61,880 nucleotides of DNA from IMG/VR virus record IMGVR_UViG_3300023236_000004. One strand, given 5' to 3'. This stretch comes from an uncultured virus (IMG/VR IMGVR_UViG_3300023236_000004) (Duplodnaviria; Heunggongvirae; Uroviricota; Caudoviricetes). The notes below the pieces were generated by a model. It saw only the letters and a program-made list of their open reading frames with translations, searched no databases and had not been told where the DNA came from. The translations under genes were made by a program, and so were the position numbers. Numbering within the stretch: the first letter of the stretch is position 1; each line of letters opens with the position of its first letter. Below are positions 1-12,000 of the stretch, one piece after another.

Positions 1-1
1 T

Positions 2-3000
2 TTTGCAAATCCATCAAGTGCATTTGGAAGTTTGGCTAGTGCCACAGCAACATTGACAAATGGTGTTGTTACAGCAGTTACACTAGCAAGTGGCGGCAGT
101 GGATACGAGGCTAATCCTATAATTACAGTAACAGCCCCGGAGTCTGGATCAATAAAGACATTTAAGATTAAACAACGAGGAAACTACACAGTATTACCTA
201 CTAATCCTGTTTCGGTAACAGGCGGGTCGGGCTCAGGCGCAAGTTTTGAAGTATATTTACAACCAGAGTACCAAGATTACATCACAGTAAACAGATCTAG
301 CCTGGACAGAAATGCATGGAGCCGTGGCAATAGATGGGTACACATAGATGTTATAGAAAAGACAGCAGGGTATCTTGATCAAGAAGTATTATTAGATCAA
401 GCACAACGTGCCAGCAGACCAATTATTGAATTTGACGCAGATTACCAATTATATAATAGCGGAGCAGTTGCTAAGTTACCTGTCGACATTTTAGACACTA
501 CTATTACCAGAGCATTTCAACAAGTGCAAGGTGTGGTATCGGTCGACACAACAGTTTTTACTATAGGGACACTCACTCTTACAACCGGCGATAGAGTTAT
601 ATTTGCAAGTGACTTAGATGACAACGTAAGAAACAAAATTTACAATTTTACTATTGAAAAAGCAATAGACGACCCGAGTGATGTTTACAAGGCATACTTA
701 GTTGAAGCAGATGATGCAACAGTTGTAGACAACAATACTGTGCTGGTCCTGTCAGGAACCAATGGTGGTAAACAATGGTACTTCAATGGCTTCAGTTGGA
801 CTATAGCGCAAGAGAAAACTGCAAATAACCAAGAACCGTTATTTGACGTAGTTGACAGTAAAGGCATAAGTTATTCCGACGCAAGTACATTCACTGGAAC
901 AACGTTCACTGGATCTAAGATATTTTCTTATAAGCGAGGAACTGGCAGTAACGATACAGTATTGGGTTTCCCTCTCAGTTACAAAAACTTTACGAATCAA
1001 GGTGATATTGAATTTGAAAACACTTTTGATTCTCAAACATTCACTTACCTGGCAGGGACCAACAATGTTGTAACTCCACAAAAAGTGAATGCTGGTTATT
1101 TACAGAAGAACGTGTCAACTACAACATGTGCCAGAGACAACGTATGGGAAATTGCAACCAATTTTAGTAAACAATTTAAAATTTATGATTTTGTATACGA
1201 CGGCGTAACTAATTTATTCCCAATTGATAATTTGCCTGACGTTAGTACTAATTTCCCGCATATCAAAGTTTACGTCAACAACAAGATTGTAAGCGTGGGT
1301 AACTTTGCAACTACAAAAGTAGTAGATAAATTTGCAGTATTGGTTAATCCAGATCTGATTACAAAAAACGATGCAGTGTTTGTTGCTATCTTTAATAAAG
1401 ATATACCGGTCACTGCTAACGCACACTACGAAGTTCCTATTAACTTAGACATCAATACTTTGAATAAAAATCTGTCTACAGTTACACTAGGGCAAATGAG
1501 GAATCATCTAATAGAGCTGAAAAATAACAGTTTACGTGTTGTGGGTACTGTACCTGGAAGTAGTAACCTGAGAGACATTGTGTATAAAAACACATCAGGA
1601 AGTATACTTCAGCATAGTGCCCCTGCAGTGTATGCAGGACTGTTTTTAAATCACCCAACGATGGATTCGATTAACGCCATTAAATTAGCCAATAGAGAAT
1701 ACTCAAAATTCAGGAAGAATTTCTTAGAAGTTGCAGGAAAGATTGAGTTAGATTTAAACAACGTGCAGACTAGTTTTGATGCAGTGCTTCTGCAAATGCA
1801 CAGCGTTAAGAACAGTAGTTTCCCGTGGTTCCGTAGTGACATGATACCACATGGAGATGACAATAGATCATTGATTCCTACTTACACTGTTCTTGACCCA
1901 GAGATCACTGCATACGAAATCACAAGTATATTCAACGACACTATTCCGAGTAACAAATCTGTTTTAGTTTATGTGACTAGAACTGTAGATGATGTTACAA
2001 CAAAGACCTTAGTAGTAAAAGGCAGAGATTATACCTTCAATACAGATCGTGCCGCAATAACTTTCACAAGTAATTTTAGATTGTTATTTGAAGACAAGAT
2101 AGATATTGTAGAGTACAGTGATACAGACGGAAGTTTCATCCCAGAAACTCCTACAAAGATGGGAATGTATCCTAAGTTCATTCCTGAGAAGTATTTAGAC
2201 AATACACTGCGTACACCAGCAAATGTAATTCAAGGACATGATGGTAGTATTACTCCCGCCTTTAATGACTTTAGAGATGATCTGTTATTAGAACTAGAGC
2301 GTAGAATTTATAACAACGTCAAGGTTGAATATGATACTGATACTTTTAACATCATTGACTACGTGCCCGGCAAATTCAGAGACACTGACTATACTAGAGC
2401 AGAATTTACACAAGTTTTAAGCCAAGGATTTTTGGCCTGGGTAGGCACAAATAGAGTTGACTTTTCTACAAACAGTTATTTTAGTGCAAGCGATCCGTTC
2501 ACTTGGAACTACAAAGCATTTAGAGATATAGTCAATGGTGAAACTTTACCAGGAACCTGGAGAAGCATTTACAGATACTTCTACGACACTGATAGACCAC
2601 ATACGCATCCATGGGAAATGCTAGGCTTTAGCAAAAAGCCAGACTACTGGGAAACCAGATATGGAGTTTCTCCGTACACAGGCGGAAATAGCACCCTATG
2701 GAGTGATTTAAGTATAGGCTACATACACAGTGGCGATAGACAAGGTATTGATCTACGTTACCAAAGACCAAACCTAAGTGAATTTATACCAGTAGACGAT
2801 AACGGTAACTTACGTAGTCCTGAGCAAATGCTCGTCACTGATTTTGATGGTAGTCGAGCTAATATAAGTTATGCAGTTGGAGATATAGGTCCTGTTGAAC
2901 TTGCATGGAGACGCAGTAGTGAATATCCATATGCGTTAATGTTAGCGTTGGCACTAACAAAACCTGCTAGATTTTACGGACTACAAGCAGACGTACATAG

Positions 3001-6000
3001 ATACAAAAGAAATAGTTTTACTGGACAATTTGAAATCACTGACACAAGTCAGCACCTTACCCCTACCTCACTTCATGTTAACGGGTACGTAGATGCAAAC
3101 GGTGTAACACAACGCACTGCTGGGTACTTAAACTGGATAACAGATTACATAACCAACTTAGGTGCAGGTTCAGCGCCTACAGTAATACAAGAAAATTTAG
3201 CAAAACTAAATGTTCAATTGTTAAACAAAGTGGCAGGATATACCGATAAAAAATTCATTGAACTACTGGCAGAGCAGAGCAGTCCGAGTAGTATAAACAA
3301 CAGTGTTGTTATTCCCGATGACAACTATGCATTAAAGATATACAAAGGTAGCCCTATTAGGAAGATTACATATAGTGCTGTCATTGTACAAAGAACAGCC
3401 AATGGGTATACAGTAAGCGGGTATGATATAACCAGCCCATTCTTTACTATTATACCTAGCGAGCCTAACAATAACGCATATCAAGTTACTGACGGTGATG
3501 CCAGTGCTGTAATCTTTAGAGACTTTAAAAAACAAAAAATTACAATACCTTATGGTTTTGAATTTAATTCCAGTCAACAAGTTACTGATTTTTTAGTAGG
3601 CTATCAGCGATTCCTACAGAGTCAAGGATTTCTTTTTGTAGACAATGACGACTCTCTCAAGCAACAAAAAGATTTTATACTAAGTGTTAAGGAATTCTTA
3701 CATTGGACAACACAAGGATGGCGTGTTAATAATATTCTTGTGTTAAGTCCTGTGAGCGATACTTTAAAGGTATTCGAACAAACAGCAATTGTAGACGAGA
3801 TAAAAAATGCACCGTTTGGCAGTAGAGTACTTGACCTAAACTTTAAACCAATTAATAAAAACGAATTTTCGGTTTATAGAGAAGATAACTTGTTTACATT
3901 CCAATCCAACGCACAAAAGTCAGTGGGTTTTGCTGAACTAAACTTAGTACAAACAGAACACTTGTTGATATTAGATAACGTTACTGAATTCAATGATGTT
4001 ATCTACGTTCCGGAATTAGGTAATAGACAATATAGATTAAAGTTTGTTGGATACAAAACTGATTCTTGGAACGGAAGTTTAGAACTGCCAGGATTCATGT
4101 TCAGCAGTGATAGCATCGATGCGTGGGGCGGCGGAACTGATTACCTTAAAGGATCTATTGTCCAGCATAAAAATAGATACTATACAGCGTTAGAAAACAT
4201 AACCGCCGATCCTAATTTCCAAACTACGAAATGGAAGCAGTTTGACAAGGCAGAATTACAAAGCGGAATGTTGAGAAATCTTGCATCAAACGCACAACTT
4301 GGTGTTAGTTTCTACGATATAGACAATCAACCTGCTAACGAAGAAATACAATTATTCAGTGACGGTATCACTGGGTTCAGAGAAAGACAGTACTTTACTG
4401 ACTTAGGTATAGACGTTACTACCCAGTCAAAGTATTACCAAGGATTAATTACACAAAAAGGCACACCTAACTCTATTAATGCTTTAGAAGGTGGAATATT
4501 TGGCAACTTAGATTCAGATATTGACTGGTATGAAAACTGGGCTATGCGTGTAGGCGAATACGGATCATTGGATACAAATGCGTTCATTGAAACACCGTTG
4601 AGCGACACTGCAATTACTAAAAATCCTACACTTATACAGTTTACAGATAACAACAACGCCGCCCAAGAAGGAACAGTTGCAATTATAGAAAACGATATCT
4701 TTAAGATATCTGGCACTTACAACGCAAATGTATTTGTGACTGAAGACAGAACACAGTTTCCGTTACTACGTCCGTTGCCAGTGGCAGGCTTTGTAAACCT
4801 AGCAGACGTAGACACTACACTGTTTAATTTAAATAACTATGATTCATTATCTGCATCAATTGATAAAATAGGAACAGGGTACAAGATTTGGGTAGCTAAA
4901 GACTTTAACGGTAGCTGGAATGTATTCAGAGCAACTTATATAGACGGTTTGGTGTTTATACTGCGAAGCCGAGATGACGGTTCTGCAGAAGTTGTGTTTA
5001 ATGAAAATCACGGACTAGCAGTTGATGATGTAGTTGTTATTAAAAACTTTGATGATAGATTTGACGGGGCGTATAAAGTAGGCAACATCATAGACACTAC
5101 TAGGTTTAGTATTACAATAACAAGAAACTTAGAAGCATTGCAGGAAGAAGCAGTAATCAGTGGGTCGGGATTGTTGTATAGATTGTCCAGCGCCAAGATA
5201 AGCAATCCTGTTGACATACAATCAGTGATGCCAGTAAGTGGGTGGTTAGAAAATGATAAGGTATGGGTAGAAAATTTAGACAACGATGGAAATTGGGGTG
5301 TATACAATAAAACAAGCCCGTGGGTATATAACAGCAAAGCGGAGCTAGATCCTAGTAAACTATCCGGCAATGATAACTTTGGTAGAACAGTTAGTATAGA
5401 ACCTAATCTTGCTCAGTTGATGTATGTAGGTTCGCCAGGGTCAGGCGAGGGTAGAGTTAATGCATTTACCAGATCCGTTACTAATTCTTGGACAGCAAGT
5501 TTTGCTTTAAGTGCAAACAGTACAGGACTAGACAGCTTCGGATACAAAGTTGTAAATGCACAAGGATATGTTGCAGTCAGCGCACCAGACAGTTCGAGCG
5601 GAAAAGGCTATGTTTACATCTTTAAAGACGGTATCATACAACAAATATTAACTGATGCCGCAGGTAGCGCAAGTGATTTGTTTGGATCTAGTTTGGCAAT
5701 TAGTAGAGATGCAAACTATTTGTATATTGGTGCTAGTGGTGCAAATAAAGTTTTCTGTTATCAATTGAACCTGAGAACAGCAGTTGATCCAGTTCTGCTG
5801 CCAGTCGAACGATATAACCTAGTACTAGATGCTAATGTTAGTGTTGCAGTAAACGATACCATAACGTATCAAAGTCCAGGTACAACATCATCAGCAAGTG
5901 GTACAGTTGTGTTTGATAGCACCAGAGTTTTGACTAACACTAATGTTGTTATTATTACAGGAAACGTTGCGGCATTCACTGACACAGATCTTATTGCAAT

Positions 6001-9000
6001 CAATGGAGCCAACGTTGCAGCCAACATTGTATCGGACACGCAGTCTGTAGCTACAGGCACATTCAGTAACGTATCCATACTCACAAGCGATCCAACCGAA
6101 GTTTTTGTGTACTCACAACTACGTGCAGTAGAGTATGTACCAACCATCGAATACAGTGTTAGCGGCGAAACGATAACATTTGTAACACCACCAGCAACTA
6201 ACGACGTTATACAGGTATTCACCCGTGGTAGCTTCTACACAAATCTTACAACAATAACTGGAAACGCTAGTACAAACTTTGGATCAAGTCTTGCTACTAA
6301 TTCAGACGGTAGCGTACTTACTGTTGGAAGTGACACAGCAGTTGTAGGGACACAGGGCAACGACGGACTATTGTATGCGTACCATAGAACAATTACAGAG
6401 TTTACTACAGACGGTACATCGGCATCATTCACAGCCCCGGACGCTTTTGCTAACAGCTACAGAGTATTATTGAATGGTGTAGAACTGACCCAAGATCTTG
6501 ATTATTATATAATCGCACCAAGTACTGTACAGTTTCCCGATGTCCAAACAGCAGGGCTTACGCTAACAGTTGAAACCAATAACTTCGTCCAAGATCAGAT
6601 TATCTCTCCTAGTTTGACAGGAATCAACGGACAAAGATTCGGAACTGATATTCAGTTATGCGGTACTGGCTGTAATCTATACGGAAGTGCTCCTTCCTAC
6701 TTTGCAAATCAATATAGTTCGGGAGCAGTCTATAGACTGGTAAACACAGGAAGAGTTTACGGTAACGTAACAGGCACAGTGAGCAACGCCACTGTTACTT
6801 CAGGTGACAGTATTGTAATTAACGATAGGCCAGTAGAATTTACCGGAACTACTATAACAGACGTAGCCAATGACATTAATGGAACAGGTATTCCGGGAGT
6901 AACAGCAAGTAATGCATTGGTGTTTATTAGTAACGTAACGTCGGGAGAAACAGAAAGCCATTGGAGGCTACAAATTACAAGCAATGTACAAGTTGCTACA
7001 GAAAAACTTAACATTACCTCTGCAAGCACAGGTACCGGATTAACTGATCTCGGAATAGAGATCTACAAGCATACGCAAGTTGTAACCCATCCTAATCAAA
7101 TTGGAGAAAAGTTTGGTACTGCGATAGGCATTAGCCAAAGCGTTGGTAAGTTGGCAATATCTAGCGAAGGCGCAGATACTACAACCCCTACGACTTTTGA
7201 TATAGCTGACACAGTTACAATATTTGATAGTTTATCTACTACGTTTGTTAAGATAGTTAAAGATTCAGGTGCAGTTTACCTATATGATCTCATAGCTAAC
7301 CCTTACGAGTCAGAAGACAATCCATCAATATTTGCATTCAGCCAAAAACTAACTGCACCTGGCGTCGAGACAGGTGATGATTATGGTGCTGATATTGATA
7401 TTGTAAATGATATCATGGTAATTGGTGTTACTAATGATTCAGACATTACAGTAGGCGGTGGAAGTGTATACACATACTACAACGAAGGTAGTAAACCTGG
7501 ATGGGAATTGCTTAGGTACAAAGAACCAAGGGTAGCAATTGATGCAATTAATTCAGCGTTCATTTATAATAAGACATCAGAAACAATAATAAATTATTTA
7601 GATATATTAGATCCTGTCAAAGGCAAGTTACTAGGTGCTGTTGAACAGGAACTAGATTACATTGAGGAATTTGACCCAGCTTCTTATAATACAACAACAG
7701 CAAGCACCGGCATATCAAATGATTCATTTTACTGGACTACCCAACAAATTGGTAAGACATGGTGGGACACTAGTGTAGCTAACTTTATTGATTACGAGCA
7801 GAGTACACTATTGTACAGAAGTATTAATTGGGGTAGTTTGTTCCCGGGAAGTACAGTAACAATTTACGAATGGGTAGAAAGCGATGTTTTACCTAGTCAA
7901 TATGTAGGTAATGGCGGAGATGGTGTGCCTAAGAATGCAGATGACTCTGCTTACACACAATCAACTTTTGTTGATCCTGGCACTGGCATAATCGTAAGCA
8001 AGTATTATTATTGGGTAAGTGGAAAGACTAGTGTCGATCCAGTAACTGCAAACCGTCGGATCAGCACTACTCTATTAGAACAATATATAAGAAGTCCAAA
8101 GGATCAAAATATTCCTTACCTAGGATTAACTTCGCCTAGTAGTGTAAACTTGTACAACATAAATGACAAGACCACAGGCAGTGATGTTATTTTGCATTTG
8201 GACACCACGACTGTTGAGAATAACGATCAATTAATACACAACGAATTTGGATTAGTTCAGCAAGGCACTACTACAAGTGCCATCCCTCAACGTGTAATAG
8301 ACAAACTGCGAGATAGTTTACGTGGTGAAGACAGCACAGGTAGATTGGTGCCCGACATTACACTTAAACCACAAGACAGGCTAGGGATACTTTCTAGACC
8401 TAGACAAGGACTGTTCTTGGATAGATCAGCTGCCTTGGAAGTTTTTGTAAATGAAGCCAACAGGCTACTAGCACTGCACCCAGTATTGCTAACAACTACA
8501 GCAACAAGTTTGTATGTACAACAACCGTTCCCTGCTAGTTATGATGCACAAGTAGCATCATATACAGATGTAGAATATCTCGACACTACAGGTTTTGCTG
8601 ATGGGTATACAATTTTAATTCCGCAAGATAGTCGTTACGAAAACAGATGGTCATTGCTTGAGTTCAACGGCACGTCAAGAGAGTTTGATTTAATACGTAG
8701 CCAGAGTTACAAGACAGACCTGTGGTGGACACCTTCGGAATGGTATGACAGTACTTACATTGCAGGTAATGCAATAGCGCATACTGTTAATACGTATGGT
8801 GATATTCAAAAATTAGTATTGGCAAACAACGACTACATAAAAATACTAGATGATGGTGCAGGAAACTGGTCCACATATAGATACGAAACCACAGGACAGC
8901 TTTCTTTGATTGCGGCAGAAAATGCCACAGTAACTTTAAGTAGCTTATTGTACGACACCACAATAACTTTGGGCTTTGATACTGCTGTGTTTGACGCAGT

Positions 9001-12000
9001 AGCATTCGATAAGCAAGCAGGCAGCGAAATAGGAAATATTTTTGATAGTTTGTACACCCAAATTTTTATTAACAGTTTGGCTACAGATTTTAATAAGCTA
9101 TTCTTTACAATAATAAATTATGTGTTTGAAGAACAGAAAAATCCAGACTGGATATTTAAAACCAGCTTTATTGATGTATTACATAATCTTAGATCACTCG
9201 AGCAATTGCCAACCTACAGCAAAGATAATCAAGATTTTTATAAACAGTATATAGATGAAGTAAAGCCATACAGAACACAACTTAAAGAGTTTACTCCAGT
9301 TTACACAAAGACTGATACTGCAACTGGTAGTTGGACAGACTTTGACATCCCGGCACGTTGGTATGCAGAAGAAAATACATTCCGCTCACCAAACATCCAG
9401 GTTACATCTGACAGTACATATTTTACAACTGACTTGTACCAGCCATATGCAGACAACTATAAACTTAAAGTTGGTGAAATTATTGTAGGCAATATAGGAC
9501 AAAATTACACCATTGCACCAAACGTCGAAATAACAGGAGGTGGCGGATCAGGAGCCAATGCAACTGCAACAATTAGTGCCGCTGATGGAACTGTAACTAG
9601 TATTACTGTTACAAAGGCAGGATCAGGATACACTACTACACCAAACGTGGTAATTAACGGCACAGGTGAGGGTGCAACAGCGTATGCAATGTTAAACAGT
9701 GAGTTTGATAGCCAAGGTGGATACAACACTGTTAGAAGCATAGACAGCACAATTAAATTTGATAGAATAACCTACACCAGTAATGTAGCACAATGGACCG
9801 CGAATGTTGCATACGAAGATACTGTTGTAGTAAATGGCAACTTTGCAAACAGCTATGACTTGAACAGAATAGAACTTGACGGCAATGCAAATGTTGCTCC
9901 ACAAGATACTACTATTACAGATGTATTTTTCAAACCTGACGGTACTAAAATGTATATCGCAGGCGACACATCAAACAGTGTGTATGAGTACACACTAGGT
10001 ACACCATGGGAAGTTACAACGGCAAGCAACGTTGCTGTAGCTAATGTTAATGTTCAAGACACCAGTGTGCAAGGTTTGTTCTTTAGAGAAGACGGATCTC
10101 GCATGTACACTGTTGGGGATACAAGTAACAGCGTTTACGAGTACAGACTTGCTACTCCTTGGTTTGTTAATACAGCCGCTAACATCAGTGTTGTAAGCAT
10201 TAACAGCCAAGAAACAAGTGCAACTAGTGTTGAATTCAGTACAGACGGCACAAGAATGTACGTGTTAGGCACAGCAAATGACACAGTGTTTGAATATGAA
10301 CTTAGCATTCCGTGGTTAGCAAGCAGTGCAACATACAGCACACGAAGCAAGAGCGTGGCTAGCGAAGAAAATATTCCAACAGGTATGCGCTTCAGAGAAG
10401 ATGGTAAAGAACTGTTTGTAACTGGACAGCAGTATAACAAGATATGGAGTTATACACTTTCAACGGCATGGGATATCTCAACTGCTACACTTAATAATTC
10501 AGCAGACTTGAATGCAACTAATCCAACTGGCTTGTACATGAGACACGACGGTACACGCTTGTTTGTAGCAGATGACGTAGGCAACTTTGTACAACAGTAT
10601 GATTTCAACAGCAACGGAATTACACAAATAGACGGCAACTTGTATATCACAAGTGGCAACATTATATTCTACAACAACACAGCATACTTGGCTACAAACG
10701 CAAATGTAAGTTCGCAGACAGTGTTTGACTTTACACGCTTTACAGAAATTGATAGCGGTAATGTATTGCTTAGTGCCGCAGATAGAATAACCAGTTACTA
10801 TGTTCCAAGTTTTGGAAGACCAGGCAAAGACATCAATCAATTGATGTTTGGTACAAGTTATCCTGGTAATAAAATAAGTGGAGAGACGTTTACATCTAAC
10901 AGCTTTACCTTAACGAGCAATGTAATTGGATTCAACTACACAGGTCATAAGATTACTAGTGCAAACACACAACAGGTAGACTTCGTTGACCGTGGCTTTA
11001 ATCTAAATGATCCTATTAAAATTGAGGGCATGTACGAAACCTTCAATTTTGAGAACAATGCAACGTTCAGAGTAGTAAGCGTGTCACGTGATGAAATGAT
11101 GCTAAGTGGGCAACCGATCGAAAGTATTGTGACGTTGTCGTTAGGTGAAAGTATAAGTGCAAACGAAGGCGACTACATTACTCAGACTAATTCAACTGCA
11201 AACGCAAGAGTGTTGAACAACTATACTAGTGTAAAAGAAATTGCAGTTATCCAAGAAAAGCAAGGTTTCTTAGAACTTGATGCTAATGTTGTTCGCGTAA
11301 ATGGTGTTGCAACTACTGCTAATGTTATGGATGTGTTAGGTTCCGGTACTGCTAATGTTAAGATCAGTAACTTGTACATTGACGACTTACTTGACAGCAA
11401 CATTGCAAGTTTTTACACAGACACCGCACTAGGAACTAGACCAGAGGACATTAACATTGCTGGTGGTTTCTACTTAGATGCTTACAATAGTCATGCACCA
11501 GAAGAACTAGTTCCGGGTAGAATGTATGACACACTTGAAATGCGTGTGTTTACTAATACAGCGTCAAACACTGCAAGTTATGGCTTTAGAGTGTTTGAAC
11601 CAATGGACCGTGACAGAAGTTACTACCGAATAAGTGCAAACAGTACAACAACACTTACTGCTAACTTGGCTCTTGACGATGTTAACATATTTGTTGACAA
11701 CGCTGCCTTGCTACCAGATCCAGGCACTGGAGTCGGTGGTTCACCAGGTGAGGTATTCATCAACGGTGAATTGATTTACTACTACCAGAAGTATGATGAT
11801 GCTAAAATGCTCAGTGCTGATGTTTGGACAGCCAACACTGAGTTTGCAACAGATAGTTTGATTACATACAGCAGTAATGTTTTCCTAGTATTAGGAAATG
11901 TGTTTGCTAATGCTAACGCATACATCAACACATCAAACGTTAAGCAGGTATTTGCCAACACAATTTCACAGTTGCGCAGAGGAGTTGACGGCACTGGTGC

